A stretch of 64,000 bases of DNA, taken from a bacterium (GTDB lineage Bacteria; Desulfobacterota; Binatia; HRBIN30; CADEER01). Position numbers and translations under genes: made by a program. Below are positions 39,655 through 48,349 of the stretch, piece by piece (positions within the stretch are counted from its first letter, which is position 1; the number at the start of each line of letters is the position of its first letter). The stretch is taken from the NCBI GenBank assembly GCA_030430165.1, contig JAUIGL010000012.1, positions 6,137 to 70,136 on the forward strand, read 5' to 3'. Below the pieces are notes generated by a model. The model was not told the origin of the DNA. It saw only the letters and a program-made list of their open reading frames with translations, and ran no database searches.

Positions 39655-42186
39655 TCAGAGCTCGTCGAGCGCGCGCGCGTTTCGAATCAGCCCGATGTGG
39701 GAGTAGGCCTGCGGCAGGTTGCCGAGCACGATCTTCTTGTGCGGGTCGTACTCCTCGCCGAGAAGCCCGGTAGGGCCGGCCAACTTGCACATGTGCTCGA
39801 AGAGCTCGCGCGCGTCGGCGGTGCGGCCGATCTGCAGGTAGGCTTCGACCAGCCAAGAAGTGCACAGCAGGAAGCCGCCTTCGTGGCCGGGCAACCCGTC
39901 GTCGTAGCGGTAGCGGTAGACGGCGACCCCGTCGCGCAAATAGTGCTCGACGGCGCGCACGGTGGCCTCGAGGCGGGGGTCGTCCCTGCCGATCATGCCG
40001 CTGAGACCGACCAGCAGAACCGCGGCATCGAGGTCGGTGCCGTCGTAAGCGGCGACGAAGGACTGCACCGAGTCCTTCCACGCGTTCTCCAGCACGTCGG
40101 CTGCGATCTCCTCGCGCAGTCGCCGCCACTCGGGTCGCTCGGGGATGTGCAGCGCGTGACCGATCTCGAGGGCGCGGTCGACCGTCACCCAGCACATCAC
40201 TTTCGAGTGGGTGTAGTGGCGCTTGCGGCCGCGCACTTCCCAGATGCCGTGGTCGGCCTCGTGCCAGCGATCGCCGACCGCGCTGACCGCGGCGGTGATG
40301 AAGCGCCAGTGGTCGGCGGAGAGCGCCGCGCCGCCCTGGAGGAGGTCGAGCAGGAGCTGGAGCAGCGGCCCGTAGACGTCGAGCTGCAGCTGCAGCGAGG
40401 CCGAGTTGCCGACCCGTACCGGACGGCTGCCCATGTAGCCGTTGAGCTCGCCGAGCTCGGCTTCGGTGCCGAGCTCATAGCCGTCGACCGAGTACACGGG
40501 TCGCAGGAATTGGTGTCCGCTGCTGCGGTCGTTGACGTCGAGCAGCCAGTCGACGAAGTCCAATCCTTCGTCGAGGCTGCCGAGGTCGGCGAGCGCGCTC
40601 GCGGTCATCGCCGCGTCGCGCAGCCAGGTGTAGCGGTAGTCCCAGTTGCGCACTCCGCCCGGGGTCTCGGGCAGGCTGGTGGTGGCGGCTGCGGCGATGC
40701 CGCCGGTCGGCGCGTAGCACAGAGCCCTCAGGATGAGCGCGCTACGCCGCACCAGATCGGTCTGCGTAGTGGGTAGGATGAGCTCCTGCGACCATCGCTG
40801 CCAGTGGCGGTTGGTTTGCTGCTGCCGATTGGATTGCGAGATTCGCGAGGTTTCGGTGCTGAGCGTTCCGTAGCGCAGCTCGAGGATCGCCGGGTGGCCG
40901 GTCACGTCGACCTCGGCGACCGCAGTCTGGTGGTGACCTTCGTCGAGGATGCGCCACTCGATGCCGGGTGAGCGCAGCACCAGGGGGTCGAGCGAGTCTT
41001 CGACCTCGAGGCCGTGGTCGGCGGTGCGGATTCGAGTGGCGATGCGACCGTAGTCGAGGCGCGGAGCGAACTGGATGCGCACCATGCCGGTCCCATCGAT
41101 GTAGCGAACCAGGTCGGTGCGACCGGCGCGCTGGCTCGGCCTGCCGCCGGAGCAGTCGAGGTAGTCGAGCACGGAGACGTGCTCCCAGCTCGTTCGCAGG
41201 GTCATCGTGTCGTCGACGTACTCCTGCGATGGGGTCGTGTTCTCGTCCTCGAGCGGGGTGATCGAGAAGTAGCCCGCGGTGGGGCCGCCGACCAGCTCGG
41301 CGAAGATCGACGGCGAGTCGATGCGCGGCGCGCTGAGCCAGCTGACGCGCCCGTGATCGGTCACCAGGGCGACGCTGCGCTGATCGGAAAGCAGCGAGTG
41401 CTTCTCGATCGGCACCGAGTTCGAGCCGGTGAGCCAGGCGCCGCGCCGTTCGGCGAGCAGCGCGAGGCAGCGCGAGACCTCGTCGGTGTCGCCGAGGCGG
41501 CTGCGTGCGATGGTGTCGCCGGGGCCGACTTTGATGCCGAAGTCGGGGCCGCGCAGAGTCGCGAACGCATCCTCGTCGGTGGCGTCGTCACCGAGGTAGA
41601 CGACGGCGGAAGCGCCGACCTCGGCGCGGATGGTGTCGAGGGCGCTTCCCTTGTCGGTGGGGACGACGGCGAGCTCGATCACCATCTTGCCGTGGCGGAC
41701 GTAGATTCCGGGGTGGGCCGCCGGACCGTGCTGCACCGCGTCGACCAGCTCGAGGCGGGTCTTGCGCTCTTCGACGTTGCGGTAGTGGAAGGCGACGCTC
41801 GCCGGTTTGCGTTCGATGGCGGCGCCCGGGTCGCGCTCGGCGATCTCGGTGAGCTCGGCTGCGGTGGTCTCGAGCAGACGCAGTGCCGCGGGGTCGATGT
41901 GGTGGGCGAAGTCGAGGTCGAACTCGCTGCCGTGGCTGCCGACGAGGCGAATCGACTCCGGCGAGCCGGTGAGGATCGCCAGGTCCTTGAGGGACCGTCC
42001 GGAAATCAGCGCGACGTGGGTGTTGGGCATCGCCGCCAAGCGTTTGAGCGCGACCATGGTCTCGCGGCGCGGGAAGGCGCGGCTCGGATCGCTGACGATC
42101 GGCGCGAGCGTGCCGTCGTAGTCGGAGGCGACCAACAGGACCGGGGCGAAAGCGAGCGAGTCGAGAGAGTGCGGAGTCTCGTTCAT
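39655..42186 (-). CDS. Bifunctional trehalose-6-phosphate phosphatase (HAD, OtsB-like) / glycoside hydrolase family 15 (glucoamylase/trehalase-like) fusion
   Basis: The N-terminal HAD motif is LVASDYDGTLAPIV with ...LGDDATDE. The C-terminal 600 aa carry GH15 catalytic-domain motifs (NWDYRYTWLRDAAMT, six-hairpin toroid fold). Confidence 0.8.
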   Translation of the reverse strand: MNETPHSLDSLAFAPVLLVASDYDGTLAPIVSDPSRAFPRRETMVALKRLAAMPNTHVALISGRSLKDLAILTGSPESIRLVGSHGSEFDLDFAHHIDPAALRLLETTAAELTEIAERDPGAAIERKPASVAFHYRNVEERKTRLELVDAVQHGPAAHPGIYVRHGKMVIELAVVPTDKGSALDTIRAEVGASAVVYLGDDATDEDAFATLRGPDFGIKVGPGDTIARSRLGDTDEVSRCLALLAERRGAWLTGSNSVPIEKHSLLSDQRSVALVTDHGRVSWLSAPRIDSPSIFAELVGGPTAGYFSITPLEDENTTPSQEYVDDTMTLRTSWEHVSVLDYLDCSGGRPSQRAGRTDLVRYIDGTGMVRIQFAPRLDYGRIATRIRTADHGLEVEDSLDPLVLRSPGIEWRILDEGHHQTAVAEVDVTGHPAILELRYGTLSTETSRISQSNRQQQTNRHWQRWSQELILPTTQTDLVRRSALILRALCYAPTGGIAAAATTSLPETPGGVRNWDYRYTWLRDAAMTASALADLGSLDEGLDFVDWLLDVNDRSSGHQFLRPVYSVDGYELGTEAELGELNGYMGSRPVRVGNSASLQLQLDVYGPLLQLLLDLLQGGAALSADHWRFITAAVSAVGDRWHEADHGIWEVRGRKRHYTHSKVMCWVTVDRALEIGHALHIPERPEWRRLREEIAADVLENAWKDSVQSFVAAYDGTDLDAAVLLVGLSGMIGRDDPRLEATVRAVEHYLRDGVAVYRYRYDDGLPGHEGGFLLCTSWLVEAYLQIGRTADARELFEHMCKLAGPTGLLGEEYDPHKKIVLGNLPQAYSHIGLIRNARALDEL

Positions 42187-42192
42187 CGGATG

Positions 42193-42669
42193 TCAGAACC
42201 GTTCGATATGGACCGACAGGTCGACGAGGTCGACGATGCCGATGCAGTTGTGCCCAGTCATGTGGCCGGCGCACTCGCCGGGGTTGAAGGTCAGCTGCCG
42301 CGCGTCGCGTTCGACGACGGTGCGGTGGTTGTGGCCGTGCAGAGCCAGGTCGTGATCCCCGCGGGGGAGGTCGAGCGGATCGTGGACGACGACGACCTCT
42401 CTTTCGCCGAGGCGGAGGTGGAGCGGCGGGTCGAGGAATTGGAAGGCGTGGCGTTGGCAAGCCGCGTCGAGCGCCTCCCGTTCGAGGTCGTTGTTGCCGA
42501 AGACCCCGCTCATCGGCATGTGTAGCCCGGCAAACACATCGAGGGTCTTGGCCTGGGTGATGTCTCCTGTGTGCACGACGCGGTCGACGGCGGCGCGGTT
42601 GAACACATCGACGATCGTCGCGACGTTGCCCAGATTGTTGTGGGTGTCGCTGACCACTCCGATCCGCAT
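42193..42669 (-). CDS. Metallophosphoesterase (YfcE-like)
   Basis: MRIGVVSDTHNN...VHTGD...GNND..HGHNH motifs are present. Only the last 158 aa of ORF 42193..43605 are real; the upstream part overlaps the thiolase-like gene. Confidence 0.75.
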   Translation of the reverse strand: MRIGVVSDTHNNLGNVATIVDVFNRAAVDRVVHTGDITQAKTLDVFAGLHMPMSGVFGNNDLEREALDAACQRHAFQFLDPPLHLRLGEREVVVVHDPLDLPRGDHDLALHGHNHRTVVERDARQLTFNPGECAGHMTGHNCIGIVDLVDLSVHIERF

Positions 42670-42731
42670 GTGATCACCGGGCGAGGCTCGGATGCGCCGG
42701 CGGCTTGCCGCCGGCGCAGCACGGACGGTCG

Positions 42732-43877
42732 TCAGGCTGCCTTTTCGAGGATGTGGATGGCGCAGGCGCTGCCGAGACCGATCACGTGGGTGAGACCGAT
42801 CTTCGCGCCGTCTACCTGGCGCGCGCCGGCGTTGCCGCGCAGGTGCGTCGACACCTCGAAGATGTTGGCGATGCCGGTGGCGCCGAGCGGGTGGCCTTTC
42901 GAGAGCAGCCCGCCCGAGCAGTTGACGGGAACCTTGCCGCCGAGCGCAGTCGCTCCCTCGTCGATCATGCGGCCCGCCTCGCCGTCCTTGCACAGTCCGA
43001 GATTCTCGTAGTGGAGGATCTCCGCCGTGGCGAAGCAGTCGTGCAGCTCGACCAGGTCGATGTCTTCGGGGCCGACACCGGCCATCTCGTATGCCTGCTT
43101 CGCCGCGTTGCGGGTGCAGGTGTTGACGTCCGGCATGACCAGGTCGCGTTCCTGCCACGGGTCGCTGGTCAGCACCGAAGCGCGCACGCGCACGGCGCGG
43201 TCCATCAGACCGAGCTCCTTGGTCTTCTTCTCGGAAGCGAGCACCGCCGCCGCCGAGCCGTCGACGTTGACCGAGCACATCAGCTTGGTGTTGGGGTACG
43301 AGATCATCTCCGCGTTCATCACCGTGTCGAGCGGAGTTTCGATCTGGTACATCGCCTTCGGATTCATCGTCGAGTGATGGTGGTTCTTCACCGACACCTT
43401 GGCGAACTGCTCGAACGTGGTTCCGTACTTGCGAGCGTGCTCCATGCCCGCTTCGGCGAAGACCGCCGGCATGGTGGCCGAGCCCAGCAGGCCTTCCTTG
43501 GGAATTCCCTTGCCGCCGCCCCCGCCGCCGAGCAGGCCCTTGCCCATCTGCTCGACGCCGACGGCGAGGACGAGGTCGTTGACGTCGGCCTTGATCGACA
43601 TCCATGCCTCGCGGAACGCGGTGGCGCCGGTCGCGCAGGCGTTGGCGCAGTTGACCACCGGCACGCCGGTCTGGCCGATTTCCTGCAGGATGCGCTGGCC
43701 GACCATGGCGTTGGCCTGGCCGAGGTTGCCGCAGTAGAGCGCCTGCATGTCCTGGATGCTGAGCCCGGCATCGTCGAGAGCGAGGAGTGCCGCTTCGGCG
43801 CCGATGTTGGCGACGTTGCGCTCGGGGAAGCGGCCGAACTGAATCATGTCGACGCCGATGATGTACACGTCACTCAT
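42732..43877 (-). CDS. Thiolase-like protein, SCPx/nonspecific lipid-transfer-protein type (DUF35 partner)
   Basis: The thiolase fold has an active Cys region (VNCANACATG) and lacks the classical biosynthetic-thiolase C-terminus. An RBS GGAGG lies upstream, and the gene sits immediately downstream of the DUF35 gene. Confidence 0.8.
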   Translation of the reverse strand: MSDVYIIGVDMIQFGRFPERNVANIGAEAALLALDDAGLSIQDMQALYCGNLGQANAMVGQRILQEIGQTGVPVVNCANACATGATAFREAWMSIKADVNDLVLAVGVEQMGKGLLGGGGGGKGIPKEGLLGSATMPAVFAEAGMEHARKYGTTFEQFAKVSVKNHHHSTMNPKAMYQIETPLDTVMNAEMISYPNTKLMCSVNVDGSAAAVLASEKKTKELGLMDRAVRVRASVLTSDPWQERDLVMPDVNTCTRNAAKQAYEMAGVGPEDIDLVELHDCFATAEILHYENLGLCKDGEAGRMIDEGATALGGKVPVNCSGGLLSKGHPLGATGIANIFEVSTHLRGNAGARQVDGAKIGLTHVIGLGSACAIHILEKAA

Positions 43878-43895
43878 TGCGATGCCTCCGTTGCT

Positions 43896-44327
43896 TCAGC
43901 CGGCCGGCTGGAAGAAGTAGCTGACGTAGGAGTTGCCGTCCTTGTCCTTGCGGCCGAGCGCGTCCTTGTAGACCACCTCGACCGGCATATCGAAGGGGAT
44001 CTCGGCGGGGTCGGCGGCAACGTTGATCAGGTTGCCTTTGACCGTTCCGCCGCCGTCGAGGTCGACGATCGCCGAGACGTAGGGGACCTCGATCCCGGGA
44101 AACGAGCGGTGCACGATCGAGTAGGCGTAGAGTTTGCCTTTGTCGCTGAGTCGGGTGGGCTCGATCTGGTCGCGCGCCGAGCACTTGGCGCAGACCGAGC
44201 GTTCGCCCAGATAGACGGCGCCGCAGGCCTTGCACTTGTGCCCCTCGAGATACGGTTCTCCATCTTCGGGCAGCTTCAGGAAGGGGACCGCGGGCAGTGG
44301 CTTGCCCGTCTTCGTTTCTTTAGCCAT
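43896..44327 (-). CDS. Zn-ribbon + OB-fold protein (DUF35 family)
   Basis: CKACGAVY...CAKC is the rubredoxin-like Zn ribbon and is followed by an OB-fold. An RBS AAGAGG lies upstream. This protein type classically pairs with SCPx thiolases. Confidence 0.75.
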   Translation of the reverse strand: MAKETKTGKPLPAVPFLKLPEDGEPYLEGHKCKACGAVYLGERSVCAKCSARDQIEPTRLSDKGKLYAYSIVHRSFPGIEVPYVSAIVDLDGGGTVKGNLINVAADPAEIPFDMPVEVVYKDALGRKDKDGNSYVSYFFQPAG

Positions 44328-44421
44328 TTCAGCCTCTTGGGTGTGAGGATCTCAGGTGGGACCGACGGCCTCGCGCGGTGCTGGCGGAAGAGCGCGAGCA
44401 TGGCAAGCCGCGCTTTGAGTG

Positions 44422-45501
44422 TCAATCGAGCCCGGCGCCGAACCAGTCGAGAATTGCAGCGTTTTCGTCGCGCGGATAGGTGTGCGACAGGTCTGCGATC
44501 TCGCGAAAGACGAGTTCGGCGCCGGCTTGCTCCAGCGCGCTGGCGGCGCTGCGCGCGATCTGTACGGGAAACATCCAATCGAGCGCGCCGTGGATCAGGT
44601 AGATCGGCTTGCCGGCAGCGCGTTGCAGATTGCCGTTGGCGTAGTTGTCGGGATGGAAGACGCCGCAGGCGGGGGCGAGCGCGGTGAAGGGCGCATCCTC
44701 GCGCAAGCCGGCGAGCAGCGAGTAGGTGGCGCCGTCGGACAGGCCGGTCAGCAGGATGCGGCTCGAGTCGACGTTCCAGTGTTCTCGGACGAACGACACC
44801 ATCGAGGTGAGCGCTGGTCGATCTTCGTCGGGGCCCATCATCGACCAGGTGGAGCCGCGCGCCGTCGGCGCGAGCAGGATGCAACGGCGGCTGCGCGCCT
44901 CGCGCAACCAGCTCCAGATGAACTCGCGCCCGTTGCCGGAGCCGCCGTGCAGAGCGACGATCATCGGCAGCGGTGTCGACTGGTCGTGGCTCTCCGGCAC
45001 GTAGAGCGAGAACCCGCCGCGCGCGCCGGGCCCGGCGCCGGCGGCCATCAGGCCGAGGCGGCGCCCCTCCTCGGGGTCCGGGTCGAGCAGTGCCACTCGC
45101 TCGCGCGCCGCCGGCTCGAGAAAGAACAGGCTCACCGGCGGCATCGTTCGCCGCAGCGGGTAGAGCGCCTCCTGGGCGAGCGCGTGCTCGCGCATGGCCT
45201 CCAACACGCGGGCGATGCCGCCGGGGTCGGGACTGTCATCGGCGAACAGGTCGAGCGCCTGCAGCGCGTGCGCCGCCGCCGATTCGAAATCCGCGGCGAA
45301 GCCCTCGAGACCGTCGTCGACCGGTGCGGCGCGAAAGCGATCGAGCGCCTGGCGCAGGTCGGCGCGGATCGGCTCCATCGCCTGGCGCAGCTGGTCGATC
45401 GCCGGCGGGTGCAGCCGGCGCCGCGCCTGTTCGAAGCCGTCGACCGCGCGCAGCACGGCGGGGCCGAGGGAGCCGATCTGTTCGACGAATGGGGTCGGCA
45501 T
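44422..45501 (-). CDS. Alpha/beta-hydrolase esterase (phospholipase/carboxylesterase or PHB-depolymerase-like) with N-terminal helical domain
   Basis: LHGGSGNG, GLSDGATY (nucleophile elbow) and a HGALDW C-terminal His region are present. Confidence 0.65.
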   Translation of the reverse strand: MPTPFVEQIGSLGPAVLRAVDGFEQARRRLHPPAIDQLRQAMEPIRADLRQALDRFRAAPVDDGLEGFAADFESAAAHALQALDLFADDSPDPGGIARVLEAMREHALAQEALYPLRRTMPPVSLFFLEPAARERVALLDPDPEEGRRLGLMAAGAGPGARGGFSLYVPESHDQSTPLPMIVALHGGSGNGREFIWSWLREARSRRCILLAPTARGSTWSMMGPDEDRPALTSMVSFVREHWNVDSSRILLTGLSDGATYSLLAGLREDAPFTALAPACGVFHPDNYANGNLQRAAGKPIYLIHGALDWMFPVQIARSAASALEQAGAELVFREIADLSHTYPRDENAAILDWFGAGLD

Positions 45502-45511
45502 TGACTGGGCC

Positions 45512-45922
45512 TCAGGCGACGTGGACCAGCAGATTGCGCTGACCGCGGAAGCGGCGGTGTTCCCACAGGAAGATTCCCTGCCAGGTGCCGAGAGCGAGAC
45601 GCCCGTCGAGGACCGGGATCGACAGCGATACCGCGGTCAGCGCCGACTTGAGGTGCGCCGGCATGTCGTCGGGTCCTTCGGCGGTGTGGGTGTAGATCGG
45701 ATCGTTCTCGGGGACGAGCCGGTTGAGCCAGCTCTCGAGGTCGCGGCACACCGCCGGGTCGGCGTTTTCCTGGATCGTCAGGCTCGCCGAGGTGTGTTGG
45801 ATGAACACCGTGCACAGGCCCTCGCCGACGCCGCTGTCGGCTACCGCGCCGGCGACGATGTCGGTGATCTCGTGCAATCCCTGACCGTCGACCCGGCACC
45901 CGAGGCGGGCGACTTCAGCCAT
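45512..45922 (-). CDS. YjbQ/UPF0047 family protein (secondary thiamine-phosphate synthase-like)
   Basis: TASLTIQENADP...EGPDDMPAHLK...LGTWQGIFLWEHR is the conserved YjbQ pattern. Confidence 0.75.
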   Translation of the reverse strand: MAEVARLGCRVDGQGLHEITDIVAGAVADSGVGEGLCTVFIQHTSASLTIQENADPAVCRDLESWLNRLVPENDPIYTHTAEGPDDMPAHLKSALTAVSLSIPVLDGRLALGTWQGIFLWEHRRFRGQRNLLVHVA

Positions 45923-46108
45923 CGCGCCGGCCGATCCGAGTGGTCTCGGTGTTCGAGCGCGAGCGCTCGGCTGGGCTGGCAGGTGGGGAGGGGTTCGACA
46001 CGTTGCGGTTCCTCGGCGAAGGGGCGAACGCTAACACGATCCCGCCGGGCCGAGAAACGCGCCGCTTCGGGATTGCCGCTGGGTGGCGATCGCCGTACGA
46101 TTGCGGCG

Positions 46109-47092
46109 ATGCTCGACTACTATCCGCAGGGGCAGTCGTTCGACGATCTGCCGCTCGCCGAGGGCGCCAGATCGGCGCGCTGGCGCGAGTTCCTCAGCAA
46201 GGACGAGATTGCCGACCTGCTGCGGCCGAGCGATTGGCGCTCGTGGTGGTCGGTCGGCTTCGACTGGGCGGTGGTGCTGCTGGCGATGGCGATGGTCTAC
46301 CACTACCCGAACCCGCTGACGATCGTGCTGGCCTTGTTCCTGATCGGTGCGCGCCAGCTGGGACTGGGCGTGCTGATGCACGAGGCGTCGCACCGTTCGC
46401 TGTTCGCCGATCGCGCCGTCAACGACTGGGTAGGCAACTGGCTTGCCGGCTATCCGATCTGGTCGAATCTCGCCGCGTATCGCGAGTATCACCTGCAGCA
46501 CCACAGCAAGACCTGGACCGCTGCCGATCCCGATCTCAACCTGGTCGCCCCGTTTCCGATCACCCGCGCCAGCCTGCGGCGCAAGCTCGGCCGCGATCTC
46601 TCGGGGCGCACCGGGTGGAAGTTCGCCCGTTTCGCGGCGCGGCGCGACTTCGGTGATGGTCCGTGGCGCGAACGCTTGCGCCGCGCCGCGACCATACCTG
46701 CGCTGCGCGGCATGCTGGTTTCCAACGCGGTTCTGTTGGCTCTGGTGTCGTTGCTGTTCCACCCGGCAGTGTACCTGTTGTGGGTCGCAGCTTGGCTGAC
46801 GACGTATACTCTGGTCACCCGCATCCGCTCGATTGCCGAGCACGCGATGGCGCCGGATCCGGGGGATCCGTTGCGCAACACGCGCACCACCCGCGCACGC
46901 TGGTGGGAGCGGCTGCTGATCGCGCCGAACCGGGTGAACTTCCATCTCGAGCATCACCTGTTGATGACGGTGCCGCACTACCATCTGCCGCGGATGCACC
47001 GCATGCTGGTCGAGCGCGGCGCCCTCGACGGAGCCTTCCTCGGCGAGGGCTATCCGGCGATTCTGGCGCAGGCTGCGTCGAAACCCGCCTGA
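46109..47092 (+). CDS. Membrane fatty-acid desaturase family protein (three His boxes)
   Basis: HEASH, HLQHH and HLEHH boxes are present along with multiple TM helices. The start is chosen at MLDYYPQ, since the upstream part of ORF 45194..47092 is antisense to the esterase and YjbQ genes. Confidence 0.75.
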   Translation: MLDYYPQGQSFDDLPLAEGARSARWREFLSKDEIADLLRPSDWRSWWSVGFDWAVVLLAMAMVYHYPNPLTIVLALFLIGARQLGLGVLMHEASHRSLFADRAVNDWVGNWLAGYPIWSNLAAYREYHLQHHSKTWTAADPDLNLVAPFPITRASLRRKLGRDLSGRTGWKFARFAARRDFGDGPWRERLRRAATIPALRGMLVSNAVLLALVSLLFHPAVYLLWVAAWLTTYTLVTRIRSIAEHAMAPDPGDPLRNTRTTRARWWERLLIAPNRVNFHLEHHLLMTVPHYHLPRMHRMLVERGALDGAFLGEGYPAILAQAASKPA

Positions 47093-47173
47093 CCTGGCCG
47101 CCAGTGGCTGCACTGTCGATCGGGCGTGGCCGAAAGGTCGCGCGTCCGGCGGAGCCAGACTAGACTGCCGTCG

Positions 47174-48349
47174 ATGCAGAAGAGCAGGGCGATCTCGATC
47201 GTGGTCGGGCTGGTCGCGGCGCTGGTGTTCGCGGTCGCCGTCGCGTTGGTGCAGAGCTCGCCGGAAGCCAAGGCGGAGCGCGAGCGCGAGCAGGCGATCG
47301 GCGGCGCCGCCGCCGTCGCGCCGCCGCCGGCGGTTTCAGTCGATGCCTGGGTGGCGCGACCGGTCGATGCGCGGTTGGCGGTGGAGGTCGCCGGCATGCT
47401 GGCGCCGGTGCGCTCGGTCGCGCTCGGCGCCGAAGTCGCCGGTCAGGTGGTCGAGGTCGCGGTCGAGGAGCACGCGACCGTCGCCGCCGGCGCGCTCATC
47501 GCTCGCCTCGACCAGGCGTTGCCGCAGGCGGCGCTCGAGCAGGCGAAGGCCAATCGCGGAGTCGCCGAGGCGACGCTGTCGCAAGCGCGCGCCGAGCTGC
47601 ATCGCCAGCGCGATCTCGCCAAGCGCGGCATCGCCTCGGCGGTCGAGCTGGAGCGGGTCGAGACCGACGCCGACCGGGCGGCGGCCGAGCTGGCGCGCGC
47701 CAGGGCGCAGGTCCTCGACGCCGAGACGCGCTTGGCGAAGACGCGGATCGTCGCGCCGTTCGCGGCGGTCGTTTCGTCGTTCGACCTGGAGCCCGGTGCC
47801 TACCTTGCGCCGGGGCAGGTCGTCGCGCAGCTGCTCGACGTCTCGCAGCTCGAGATCGAGGTCGGCGTCGGCGAGCGCGAAGTCGGCGCGCTGCGCGCGC
47901 AACAACCGGCGGAGGTTCGTGTCGACGTGTTCCCGGGCGAGACCTTTGGCGGACGCGTCCACCGTGTCGGCCGCGCGCCGGACCAGCAGACCCGGCGCTA
48001 TCCGATTCCGGTGCGTCTCACCGACCCGAGCGGGCGGCTGTTGCCAGGGATGCTGGCGACGGTTCGCTTCGAAATCGGCGAGGCGCGGCCGACCCTGCGC
48101 GTTCCCCGGCGGGCGCTGCAGACCGAGTTCGACCTCACCTACGTGTTCGAGATCGTGACCGAGAAGGATGGCGTCGATCAGGGGCGCTTGGTGCGGCACC
48201 GGGTCGAGGCTCGCCGGGTTCCCTTTCGACCGGATCTGGTCGACGTCACCAGCGGGCTCGAGGGAGGAGAGCGACTGGTGATCACCGGGGTCGGCGATCT
48301 GCGCGATAGCATGGAGGTGCGGTTCAGCGACCGCGAGGTGCGGCTTTGA
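47174..48349 (+). CDS. RND efflux periplasmic adaptor (membrane fusion protein)
   Basis: An N-terminal TM is followed by coiled-coil and beta-barrel segments typical of the HlyD/AcrA family. It sits directly upstream of the RND pump. Confidence 0.8.
   Translation: MQKSRAISIVVGLVAALVFAVAVALVQSSPEAKAEREREQAIGGAAAVAPPPAVSVDAWVARPVDARLAVEVAGMLAPVRSVALGAEVAGQVVEVAVEEHATVAAGALIARLDQALPQAALEQAKANRGVAEATLSQARAELHRQRDLAKRGIASAVELERVETDADRAAAELARARAQVLDAETRLAKTRIVAPFAAVVSSFDLEPGAYLAPGQVVAQLLDVSQLEIEVGVGEREVGALRAQQPAEVRVDVFPGETFGGRVHRVGRAPDQQTRRYPIPVRLTDPSGRLLPGMLATVRFEIGEARPTLRVPRRALQTEFDLTYVFEIVTEKDGVDQGRLVRHRVEARRVPFRPDLVDVTSGLEGGERLVITGVGDLRDSMEVRFSDREVRL

Noticed and set aside
42193-43605. 470-aa minus-strand ORF
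   Set aside because: The upstream 310 codons overlap the thiolase-like gene in another frame and are Arg/Gly-rich with no domain. Only the C-terminal 158 aa (metallophosphoesterase) are real.
45194-47092. 632-aa plus-strand ORF
   Set aside because: The N-terminal two thirds are antisense to the esterase and YjbQ genes and have biased composition. The desaturase starts at the ATG at 46109.
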